Shown: piece by piece, positions 14,412 through 23,127 of the stretch | How positions within the stretch are numbered: position 1 is the first letter of the stretch | Layout of the letters: the number at the start of each line of letters is the position of its first letter | Assembly (NCBI GenBank): GCA_963677675.1 | Contig: OY782180.1 | Location: 712,084-776,083 of the forward strand | Length of the DNA: 64,000 nt | From: Bacteroidales bacterium | GTDB lineage: Bacteria; Bacteroidota; Bacteroidia; Bacteroidales; UBA932 | Direction of reading: 5' to 3' | Notes under the pieces: model-generated | Seen by the model: the letters and a program-made list of their open reading frames with translations, nothing else | Told to the model about the DNA's origin: nothing | Database searches by the model: none | Made by a program: the position numbers and the translations under genes

Positions 14412-15302
14412 ATGAATCAAGTTGATAATAAGTATTTTTTTAAGTTAAAATATTGTTCAAGAAATAATTGGTTCGATTATGAACCGGATGAAATTTTTCA
14501 CTTTACAAAACTATCTTCAGTTGAAAGCATAATGAATTCTAATTCATTACGATTTAGAAAAAATAATTATTCAAATGACGACAGAGATGGTAAAATCTAT
14601 TATTACGTTATATCTGCAATTGATAGTATTGATTCGAATCAATTAAACGACACTTCACACTGGTTAGAATTTTCTGGTATGATTAAAAGTTTTATCGAGC
14701 TATATGAACACTTAAACTTGACAATGCGTTCAAATGATACTTTTCTTAGCTTGCCAACTATGTATAACCTTTGTTTTTCAACTAAAAATAATAACCATAT
14801 GTGGTCAAAATATGGAAATTATGGCAAAGGCGTTGCGATTGGATTTTCAAAATCTTATTTAAAAAGATTTCTTGATTATCCCTTTGAATATAATGTTGGA
14901 AAATACTTTGATTGTACATGTGGAAAAGTAATTTACGATGAAATATCTAAGCATGAGATTATTGAAGACATTATTCTTAACGCTTATAATGATTATTGTT
15001 CACTTGTGCTACCTGATTTAAAAAAAGATTGCTTAGAAGAAATTAAAACTGAGCTTTTACTTTGCTCTTACTTTTTTAAAGCACCTAGTTGGCATGAAGA
15101 CAATGAATTTAGATTTATTTTATTACATATACGTAGTTTAATTCCACCTGAAATTGATGATTTTGGCAATCGTTTTATTCAGTTTAATTTTAATGACACT
15201 GATAATCTAAAGAAATATGCAATTACAAAACTAAGTGTCAAGTGTGAATCATATATAGACTCATTTACTAAATATAATGTGAATTGCGTACTATCAAAAT
15301 AA
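14412..15302 (+). CDS. DUF2971 domain protein
   Basis: FHFTK...SND, LCFS...MWSKYG...GVAIGF, GKVIY, FKAPSWHEDNEFRF pattern. Confidence 0.75.
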   Translation: MNQVDNKYFFKLKYCSRNNWFDYEPDEIFHFTKLSSVESIMNSNSLRFRKNNYSNDDRDGKIYYYVISAIDSIDSNQLNDTSHWLEFSGMIKSFIELYEHLNLTMRSNDTFLSLPTMYNLCFSTKNNNHMWSKYGNYGKGVAIGFSKSYLKRFLDYPFEYNVGKYFDCTCGKVIYDEISKHEIIEDIILNAYNDYCSLVLPDLKKDCLEEIKTELLLCSYFFKAPSWHEDNEFRFILLHIRSLIPPEIDDFGNRFIQFNFNDTDNLKKYAITKLSVKCESYIDSFTKYNVNCVLSK

Positions 15303-15314
15303 TTATTTATTCCT

Positions 15315-15450
15315 TGTTTCAAGTGGATTAAACAACATCTTCGCATCAACGCTTTTTACGGGCAGGTGAGAACGCTTTTAACGGTCAGATATGGATAGCA
15401 ATCTGTACGTACTTAGTTGCTGCTATAGCAAAGAAAAAGCTAGAAATACC
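15315..15450 (+). mobile_element. IS4-family transposase C-terminal relic with a 1-nt deletion (frameshift)
   Basis: FKWIKQHLRINAFYG, then a frameshift, then ENAFNGQIWIAICTYLVAAIAKKKLE. This matches the IS4 motif FKWIKQHLRIKxFxGTSENAVKxQIWIA. Confidence 0.8.
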
Positions 15451-15493
15451 TGATTTGGTGCTGTCCCGTTTGTGTCCCGGCTGTCTTTACGAC

Positions 15494-15534
15494 AAAGACC
15501 GTAAATGCCTGTATTAATTGCATTTACGGTCTTT
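15494..15534 (-). terminator. 15-bp perfect inverted repeat just 3' of the tRNA (terminator or att-associated hairpin)
   Basis: AAAGACCGTAAATGC-11 nt-GCATTTACGGTCTTT. Confidence 0.65.
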
Positions 15535-15538
15535 TTAG

Positions 15539-15611
<73 letters not shown>

Positions 15612-15689
15612 ATATATTTCTAATTTGGTATTATGTCTTTTTTAAGGGACTGCAAAGATATAGTAAATGCATTACAATACCAAAATTAT

Positions 15690-17051
15690 TTAGGCTTTTA
15701 ACAAAAAACCAACAAGAGCATCTTTGGAAATCCGCTGTTGTTCACCGCTTTTAAGGTTTTTAATGCTCACTTCTCCTTTTGCCAGTTCGTCTTCTCCAAC
15801 TATCGCAAGAAAAGGGATTTTCTTCTTGTCGGCATAGTCAAACTGTTTTTTAAGCTTCGTGAAATCGGTGTAAATTTCCGTAACCACTCCCGCTTTGCGT
15901 AACTCTTTAACAATGGGGATTGTAAATAATACCTCCTTGTCGCCAAGATTGGCAAAGAGAACTTTTGTTCCTTCAACGGCATCGGAAGGAAATTTATCAA
16001 GCGACTGAAGCACATCGTAAATCCTGTCTGCCCCAAATGATATGCCTACTCCGGAAACGTTGGGCAAGCCAAAGATTCCTGTGAGGTCGTCATATCTTCC
16101 TCCTCCGCAAATACTTCCCATTGCAGTATCCTTTGCCTTTACTTCAAAAATTGCCCCGGTATAGTAATTTAGCCCCCTTGCAAGAGAGAGGTCAAGCTCT
16201 GTCTCCTGGTCCACTCCTGCTGTTTCGATTAGGTTAAATAAAGTTGAAAGTTCGTCAAGACCCAGAGTGCCAATTTGCGAATTCGCAAGTATAGGCCTCA
16301 TTATCTCTATCTTTTCACGCGTAGTTCCTTTAAGCAGCAGTACCGGTTCAATTATCTCTATTGCCTTACCGTCAATTCCTTTTGAAACAAGTTCCTCTTT
16401 AACAGCCTCAATGCCTATTTTGTCAATTTTGTCAATGGCAACAGTAATATCAACAAGTTTATCCGGATGGCCGGCAATCTCTGCAATGCCGGACAGCACT
16501 TTTCTGTTATTGATTTTAATGCAAACGTTCAACTCGAATTTTCTAAAGACATCGTCTACAATCTGGACAAGCTCAAGCTCATTGATGAGAGAATCGCTTC
16601 CTACAACATCAACATCACACTGGTAGAATTCACGGTATCTTCCTTTCTGGGGCCTGTCTGCGCGCCAAACCGGCTGAATTTGATATCTTTTGAACGGGAA
16701 CACCAGTTCATTCTGATGCTGAACGACAAATCTTGCGAAAGGCACAGTCAGGTCATAGCGAAGACCCTTTTCGCACACTTTAAGCGAAAGTGAATTGCTG
16801 TTTCCAAGCATTGCCGGCTCTATTCCCGCAAATGCATCGCCCGAATTCAGAACTTTAAACAAAAGTTTATCTCCCTCCTCTCCGTATTTTCCAAGTAAGG
16901 TTGAGAGATTTTCCATCGAAGGCGTCTCAATCGGAGCATAGCCGTAATGTCGGAAAACAGAGCGTATTGTATTGAAAATATAGTCTCTGCCTGCCATCTC
17001 TGCAGGTCCGAAATCTCTTGTCCCCTTTGGAATAGACGGTTTTTGTGCCAT
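15690..17051 (-). CDS. hisS: Histidine--tRNA ligase
   Basis: [49 protein letters not shown]. Confidence 0.98.
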   Translation of the reverse strand: MAQKPSIPKGTRDFGPAEMAGRDYIFNTIRSVFRHYGYAPIETPSMENLSTLLGKYGEEGDKLLFKVLNSGDAFAGIEPAMLGNSNSLSLKVCEKGLRYDLTVPFARFVVQHQNELVFPFKRYQIQPVWRADRPQKGRYREFYQCDVDVVGSDSLINELELVQIVDDVFRKFELNVCIKINNRKVLSGIAEIAGHPDKLVDITVAIDKIDKIGIEAVKEELVSKGIDGKAIEIIEPVLLLKGTTREKIEIMRPILANSQIGTLGLDELSTLFNLIETAGVDQETELDLSLARGLNYYTGAIFEVKAKDTAMGSICGGGRYDDLTGIFGLPNVSGVGISFGADRIYDVLQSLDKFPSDAVEGTKVLFANLGDKEVLFTIPIVKELRKAGVVTEIYTDFTKLKKQFDYADKKKIPFLAIVGEDELAKGEVSIKNLKSGEQQRISKDALVGFLLKA

Positions 17052-17082
17052 TTTAATTCTGATTATCTAACGAGCCGCAAAG

Positions 17083-18471
17083 TTAAGAAAAATCCTTAAT
17101 GTAACGGTCAATTGCTGCCGCTGCCTTCCTGCCGGCGCCCATTGCAAGTATAACCGTTGCTGCTCCGGTTACGGCATCTCCTCCGGCAAATATTCCCGGG
17201 CGGGAAGTCTGTCCATCGTCATTTGCCACAATGCAGTTCCATTTATTGGTATCCAGCCCCGGTGTTGTTGATGCAATCAAAGGATTTGGCGATGTTCCAA
17301 GCGACATAATCACAACATCTGTTTCGATTTCGAAATCGGAATCAGGGATTGGAACAGGAGAACGGCGGCCGCTTGAATCTGGCTCGCCAAGTTCCATTGA
17401 TATACAACGGATTCCCCTTACCCATCCGCGCTCATCTCCAAGAATTGCAACAGGATTTGTAAGCATTCTGAATATTATGCCCTCCTGTTTGGCATGTTGT
17501 ACCTCCTCTACCCTTGCCGGAAGTTCTTTTTCTGTTCTTCTGTAGGCAACAGTTACGTCTGCACCCAGCCTGAGTGCTGTCCTTGCTGCATCCATGGCAA
17601 CATTTCCGCCGCCAACTACAACAACTCTCTTCCCAACATAAATGGGAGTATCGTGTTCAGGATCATAAGCCCTCATAAGATTGTTCCGCGTCAGAAACTC
17701 GTTGGCAGAAACAACACCATTCAGGTTCTCTCCGGGGATTGACATGAATTTGGGCAAGCCTGCACCGGAACCAATAAATATTGCAGAAAAGCCCTCTTCG
17801 TCCATCAATGAATCAATTGTCACGGTTCTTCCCACAACAACATTTGTCTCTATTTTGACTCCAAGCGCACGCACATTGTCTATCTCGGATTTTACAACAC
17901 TCTCTTTTGGCAGACGAAATTCCGGAATACCATACTGAAGCACCCCGCCCGGTTCATGAAGAACCTCAAAAATAGTGACATCGTAGCCAAACCTGGCAAG
18001 GTCGGTTGCACAGGCAAGCCCGGCTGGTCCGCTGCCCACTATTGCCACTTTTTTCCCGTTGGCAGGAGCTTTATCTGTAAATCTCACATTGTTTTCCCTG
18101 CTCCAGTCTCCTATAAACCTCTCCAGCTTACCAATCGCGACTGCCTCTCCCTTAATTCCAAGAATGCAAGTTCCTTCACACTGGCTCTCCTGTGGGCAAA
18201 CCCTTCCGCAAACAGAGGGCAGTGAACTGTCTTTTGCAATTATGGAAGATGCCTCCCTGAAATTACCCAGCTCAATCTCGCGGATAAACTGCGGGATTTG
18301 TATACTCACCGGACAAGATGGTACACAAAGCGGATTTTTGCATGAAAGACATCTTGAGGCCTCAAGAACTGCCTCAGCTTCATTATAGCCATAGCTCACC
18401 TCTTCAAAGTTTTTTGCCCTGATTGCAGGATTCTGTTCCCTTACAGGAACTCTTGGAATCTTATTTCTCAT
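17083..18471 (-). CDS. nfnB: NADH-dependent ferredoxin:NADP+ oxidoreductase large subunit NfnB (GltD/SudA-like)
   Basis: RCLSC...CVPSCP and CGRVCPQESQCE Fe-S motifs, GSGPAG FAD and GGGNVAMD NADPH motifs; no gltB nearby; paired with an NfnA-like gene. Confidence 0.85.
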   Translation of the reverse strand: MRNKIPRVPVREQNPAIRAKNFEEVSYGYNEAEAVLEASRCLSCKNPLCVPSCPVSIQIPQFIREIELGNFREASSIIAKDSSLPSVCGRVCPQESQCEGTCILGIKGEAVAIGKLERFIGDWSRENNVRFTDKAPANGKKVAIVGSGPAGLACATDLARFGYDVTIFEVLHEPGGVLQYGIPEFRLPKESVVKSEIDNVRALGVKIETNVVVGRTVTIDSLMDEEGFSAIFIGSGAGLPKFMSIPGENLNGVVSANEFLTRNNLMRAYDPEHDTPIYVGKRVVVVGGGNVAMDAARTALRLGADVTVAYRRTEKELPARVEEVQHAKQEGIIFRMLTNPVAILGDERGWVRGIRCISMELGEPDSSGRRSPVPIPDSDFEIETDVVIMSLGTSPNPLIASTTPGLDTNKWNCIVANDDGQTSRPGIFAGGDAVTGAATVILAMGAGRKAAAAIDRYIKDFS

Positions 18472-18488
18472 ATTTTTAAAGCTAATAT

Positions 18489-19373
18489 TTACTTTTTATC
18501 AAGACCGATATTGCATTTATGGTCCGCCTCTATTTCAATTGACTTGTACATTGTCTGACGGCGCATTGCCTCTTCGAAATCGACAGAATAGGCGTCAAAC
18601 TCGGGACCTTCCACACAGGCAAACTTTACTTTTCCTCCAACGGTAACCCGGCAAGCACCGCACATTCCCGTACCATCTACCATGAGGGTATTCAAACTCA
18701 CAATTAAAGGTATTTCAAATGGTCTGGCAGCAATTGTCACGAATTTCATCATTATCATGGGACCAATGGCAACTGCATGGTCATATTTTTTATGACCGGG
18801 TACAGAACTTTTTACCTTGTCTTCTTCAAGCAGTTCTTTCATAATTTCCGTTACCAGGCCTTTTCTGCCGGCTGTACCATCGTCGGTACAAATGAAAAGA
18901 TTGTTGCAAACTGCCCTCATCTCATTTTCAAAAATAATGAGATCCTTTGTTTTTGCACCGATAATTACATCAACTGATGCACCTTTTGAATGCAGATACT
19001 TTACCTGAGGATAAACGGGAGCCGTTCCAAGACCTCCGGCAATGAAAAGGAATCTCATTTTAGAAACCGCTTCATCGGAAAGATGGATAAATTCGGAAGG
19101 GAGCCCAAGCGGGCCAACAAAATCCGTAAAAGAGTCTCCTTCGTTCAGGTGGCATATCTGGCGGCTCGATGCCCCCACAACCTGTGTAACAATTGTTACC
19201 GTTCCCTTTTTTGCATCATAATCGCAAATAGTGAGAGGAATCCTCTCCCCTTTGTCGTGTGCCCTTACAATTAGAAATTGTCCCGGTTTTGCCGCTTTGG
19301 CCATCCTTGGAGCTTCAACCTCCATAAGAGTAATAATTGGGGTAAGATCCCTCTTTACTAATATTTTATACAT
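18489..19373 (-). CDS. nfnA: Ferredoxin:NADP+ reductase small subunit NfnA (SudB/PyrK-like)
   Basis: AKPGQF, ERIPLTI, GPLG, GGLGTAP, MVDGTGMCGACRV...ACVEGPEF [2Fe-2S] motif. Confidence 0.85.
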   Translation of the reverse strand: MYKILVKRDLTPIITLMEVEAPRMAKAAKPGQFLIVRAHDKGERIPLTICDYDAKKGTVTIVTQVVGASSRQICHLNEGDSFTDFVGPLGLPSEFIHLSDEAVSKMRFLFIAGGLGTAPVYPQVKYLHSKGASVDVIIGAKTKDLIIFENEMRAVCNNLFICTDDGTAGRKGLVTEIMKELLEEDKVKSSVPGHKKYDHAVAIGPMIMMKFVTIAARPFEIPLIVSLNTLMVDGTGMCGACRVTVGGKVKFACVEGPEFDAYSVDFEEAMRRQTMYKSIEIEADHKCNIGLDKK

Positions 19374-19385
19374 TAAACAATAACT

Positions 19386-21890
19386 TTAATATAACTTTTC
19401 AAATGTGTATCCCAGTTTTTTGAGTCTTTTGATTATTGAATCCAGAGAGTCATAAAGTTTGTCCGGCCTTTCCGCAACAACCCCCGGATGAATGAGAATC
19501 AGAGCACCGTTCAGATTCTTCTCCTTTTCAAATGCAAAAAGTTTATCCATAAGTTCCCGGCTGGTTTTGTAGCTTTTCATGGATGGTTCTGTGTAATCGG
19601 CAGGTGTCGCTGTTCCCGGTGTGTAGTTGATAGTTTTAAAACCAAGCACGGATGCGGTATAGACCGACTCCTTATTGTACCATTCATAAGGTGGCAGGAA
19701 CCATAAAGCGTCCGCTGGTTTTATCCCAAATTTTTCAAGTTCCTGAATATTCCTCTTTATATCATTTACGAGGCTGTCTCCGGCCACTAAAGAGATGTCC
19801 CTCTTGTCCCATGGTGCATAAAGCAGATGCCTGTCCGAGTGTGCCCCCACATAGTGCCCGGCATCAATCATTTTTGCAATTACAGGTTTCATTTGCGGTA
19901 GTCTTGCAAAGTTTCCTGTTAGAAAAAAAGAGCCTTTAATCTTGTTTTTCGCAAGTGTACTTATGATTTTTTCTCCTCCCTGAAACATTGAGTCAGCAGA
20001 AAAAATGAGATAGATAACCTTCTTATCCGGATTAATCCTGACTATTGCTCCCTGAGAATCTTTTACAACGGATGTTACTTTATCTCCTTTTGAACTACGG
20101 ATTTCTTTCCCTTCGTTTTCCATTGAAGCAAAATAGTAGCTCAACCCTGCAGTGCCATCCATTGTTGGCTCATTTGAAGAGTAGTCTCCCATGTCGTCGT
20201 GATAAACTGCACGTCCGTTATTGAATACAGCATAACTGTCCGCTTTTCTGAGGGCGTTTCCGGCTCTTGTTATAAATAAATTTCTCTCAATAGGGCCGTC
20301 AACCAGGCCGCCATAAGTTAAGTCGCCGTTATTTGCAGTGTATGAAGAGTGTGGCGAATCAGGAAAATCGCCCCCTTTAGGAAATCCAACAATCATTGAT
20401 GTTCCCCAGGGGTTACAGCCGAACAGCCAGTCCCTGAGAGCCATCTCCATTTCAAGAAATGTATTGTCTCCTGTGGCCTTTCTGTAAAGATGGGCCTGTG
20501 TGATTGCAGCAGAGACAAGGTTGTTTGAGCACCAGAGGAATGGAATGCCATAAACAAAAGGGTCGTCCCCGGCTCTTGAACGAAGATCTTCAAGCCCCTG
20601 TTTCATATATCCAACGTACTTCTCCCTTACTTTAGGGTCGGAAGATGTGGCAAGAAAGTAATGTCCCAGGTTAATAAAAGGGTAATACTGATAGTGACGC
20701 CCTCTGCCAAGCTCCATCCACGGAGAAACCGGTTCCAGTTCTCCCCAGTAGTCGGCTTTTGTTTTCCACTTGTCGTCTTTGGTATAGTTGTAGAATGTTG
20801 CTGCTGCCAGTTCAATATCATCTACATAAGTGTCTTCTTCATAAAAGTAGGGAGAAGCAATACATGCTGTCTGGGTATTTCCCGGTTTTTCAACGGCAAA
20901 ATTAAATGCCTGCTGAGCCTTTGTTTTCATTTGAGCGGCAAATTGCGGGTCCCTGTCTTTAAAGATCTCGGCTCCCATTGCAAAACTTGAGGCAAATTTC
21001 CCCGCGGTTGAAGCAACTCCGGTTGTTCTGTTAATGTGTTTGCCAAGCCCCTGCGGCTTTCCGGTAACAAAATATACAGGGCGCCCTGTTCCGGGGCCCC
21101 ATCCGTAATCTACCTTGTCATTTTGCGGCAGACGGAATCCTGCATGGTCCCTGTCATCGGCAATCTGATTGAACATTACCTTGTCTTCCGGATTCATTCT
21201 CATTAACCAGTCCAGACCCCAGCGTATTTCGTCAAGAATATCCGGAATTCCGTTTGAACCGGCTCTTCCTGAGGCATTGTAAAGGTCTTTGAAAACACTC
21301 TTGTCTTTCTGCTGCTCCCAGGCAAACATTAGGTGATATACTGTAGTGGCAGATGTTGTCTGATACTGAAGATAGTCTGTCGCATCATGCCATCCGCCTC
21401 TCACATCTATCTTTTCACCGCTTCTGGTTGGATGATCTACAATATAACCGTCGTCCTGATGGCACAGCTGGCCTGTATATGGGTTGTCGCCACATCTTTG
21501 CTGGCGCATATATACAAGAAGATAGTCTGCAAGACCGTCATAGGCTTCGGTTGTAATCCTGAAATCAGGCGATTTTTCTCCGTTTGATACAATGTAATAT
21601 CCTCCCTGCTTTTCAATTTTGGAGAAATCGAGCCTGTATGCGCTTTTCATACCCCATGAAGAGGCATTTACCATTTTACCTGCACCTTTGAAAACAGGTT
21701 TGCCGGTAATAGCGTCAAAAACTTCAAAAAGCGGAGAGGCTTTTTCTTCAAGCGACAGTACTACTGCCACTTTAATGTCACCAGGCAGATAGCCTGCCTG
21801 ATTCACTCTTATCCAAGAGTTTGCACGACCGGCCGACCAGCCGGGGGTAATCATAACAGCTGTTAAAAGAACGAGAATAAGTTTCTTCAT
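19386..21890 (-). CDS. Secreted GH9 glycoside hydrolase fused to a C-terminal polysaccharide deacetylase (CE4/NodB-like)
   Basis: RVNQAGY Ig-like N-terminus, GGWHDATDY, NEPTMDG (GH9); AHSDRH, FLPPY, LIHPG (NodB-like). Confidence 0.85.
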   Translation of the reverse strand: MKKLILVLLTAVMITPGWSAGRANSWIRVNQAGYLPGDIKVAVVLSLEEKASPLFEVFDAITGKPVFKGAGKMVNASSWGMKSAYRLDFSKIEKQGGYYIVSNGEKSPDFRITTEAYDGLADYLLVYMRQQRCGDNPYTGQLCHQDDGYIVDHPTRSGEKIDVRGGWHDATDYLQYQTTSATTVYHLMFAWEQQKDKSVFKDLYNASGRAGSNGIPDILDEIRWGLDWLMRMNPEDKVMFNQIADDRDHAGFRLPQNDKVDYGWGPGTGRPVYFVTGKPQGLGKHINRTTGVASTAGKFASSFAMGAEIFKDRDPQFAAQMKTKAQQAFNFAVEKPGNTQTACIASPYFYEEDTYVDDIELAAATFYNYTKDDKWKTKADYWGELEPVSPWMELGRGRHYQYYPFINLGHYFLATSSDPKVREKYVGYMKQGLEDLRSRAGDDPFVYGIPFLWCSNNLVSAAITQAHLYRKATGDNTFLEMEMALRDWLFGCNPWGTSMIVGFPKGGDFPDSPHSSYTANNGDLTYGGLVDGPIERNLFITRAGNALRKADSYAVFNNGRAVYHDDMGDYSSNEPTMDGTAGLSYYFASMENEGKEIRSSKGDKVTSVVKDSQGAIVRINPDKKVIYLIFSADSMFQGGEKIISTLAKNKIKGSFFLTGNFARLPQMKPVIAKMIDAGHYVGAHSDRHLLYAPWDKRDISLVAGDSLVNDIKRNIQELEKFGIKPADALWFLPPYEWYNKESVYTASVLGFKTINYTPGTATPADYTEPSMKSYKTSRELMDKLFAFEKEKNLNGALILIHPGVVAERPDKLYDSLDSIIKRLKKLGYTFEKLY

Positions 21891-21941
21891 GACATAAGTG
21901 GGGGGTTGATTTGTACTTATGCCAACAAAAGTAACATATTT

Positions 21942-22769
21942 TTATCTCTTTTCCGAAGGATTTTCTACTAAATAGGAAGTTCTCAAAAGGGGTTCTTTTT
22001 CACCACTGAGCAGAGTATGAAGGATGGGATCGCTAAGGAGTTTGCGGTAATCATACTCCTTCCCGTCTACGATAACCCTGTTTGAAATAAGTCTTACGCC
22101 ATGGCTGTAATCTACATATATGTCAATATGAACATTTGTCGTTGGCTGGATTGCCACTCCGTTGAGACGGTGCCATCCGTAAATTGTAACATGGTGCGTC
22201 CTTTTCGGGTCAGTTAGTTTTGAAGATATTACAATATCTTTTTTAGTTCCTGCAACAAAAATCCCCGGTGCATTTCCCGACGCCTTTATCTGAGCCTGAA
22301 TCACTCTTGAGTGGTCATTAAGAATATCGGGGGTTTCATTTCTGTTCCCTCTTGGAATATAATTGAACGGCTCCAGTTTCAGCTTTGACTTCTCGTAAAT
22401 AATATCTACAACTTTAGGCGTTGGCAACGATGTTCCCATTGAATCTGCTATCTTTTGCGCCGATATGGGGCTCATGGGAATTGTAAAATAATCCAGGTCG
22501 TTTCCAACAGCAAGATAATCTGCAGTTACAAAGAATGTGACTTTGTGTTTCCTGCCGGTGCTGTCTCTCTGAACTGTTTTAACAGGGACAAATTTCCTGA
22601 TAAATTCAGGAATATTGCCGGAAGTTATCTCCTTTACAATTAAATCTTCTCTCTCGCCAATTGGGAGATTGCGCATTTCTTCATAAAATTGAGAACCACT
22701 TTTGGGACTCTGAGAATAGAGCGATCCAAAAGTGGTTACAAATACAAGAAATGAGATAAAAAATCTCAT
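21942..22769 (-). CDS. Secreted hypothetical protein
   Basis: Signal peptide then Q; conserved-looking motifs ADYLAVG, AGTKKD, VTIYGWH, HIDIYVDYSHGVR. Confidence 0.7.
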   Translation of the reverse strand: MRFFISFLVFVTTFGSLYSQSPKSGSQFYEEMRNLPIGEREDLIVKEITSGNIPEFIRKFVPVKTVQRDSTGRKHKVTFFVTADYLAVGNDLDYFTIPMSPISAQKIADSMGTSLPTPKVVDIIYEKSKLKLEPFNYIPRGNRNETPDILNDHSRVIQAQIKASGNAPGIFVAGTKKDIVISSKLTDPKRTHHVTIYGWHRLNGVAIQPTTNVHIDIYVDYSHGVRLISNRVIVDGKEYDYRKLLSDPILHTLLSGEKEPLLRTSYLVENPSEKR

Positions 22770-22783
22770 AATATAAAATTTAG

Positions 22784-23101
22784 TTATTTCTTCTCAATCT
22801 CTTTGGCAGGATATCCAAGTTTGTCAAGTGCTTTTGCAAGGTTATCCTTCGTAGTCTTATCGGCCTCAAAACTAAACCATATTGTTTTGTTTGCAAGATC
22901 AACTTTCATGTCTTTCACGCCTTTTTCATATGGAAGTTTTGCCTCTAATTTCTTCTGACAATTCATACAGTCAATGTCCGGAATTGAAAATGTTACTTCA
23001 ACCTTTTTATTTTCTGTTTTTTTATCCTGAGCCGATGCACCTGCCGATACAAATATAAGGGCAGATAGTGTAAAAATCATAATAGTTTTAAATGCTTTCA
23101 T
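22784..23101 (-). CDS. Heavy-metal-associated (HMA) domain periplasmic protein
   Basis: Signal peptide, IDCMNC (CxxC) metal-binding loop; start at MKAFK. Confidence 0.88.
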   Translation of the reverse strand: MKAFKTIMIFTLSALIFVSAGASAQDKKTENKKVEVTFSIPDIDCMNCQKKLEAKLPYEKGVKDMKVDLANKTIWFSFEADKTTKDNLAKALDKLGYPAKEIEKK

Positions 23102-23127
23102 AATTGTTTGTTTTATTGTTAGTTTAT

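Noticed and set aside
17083-18471. Glutamate synthase small subunit (gltD) annotation
   Set aside because: There is no large subunit nearby, and the NfnA-like partner upstream favours NfnB.
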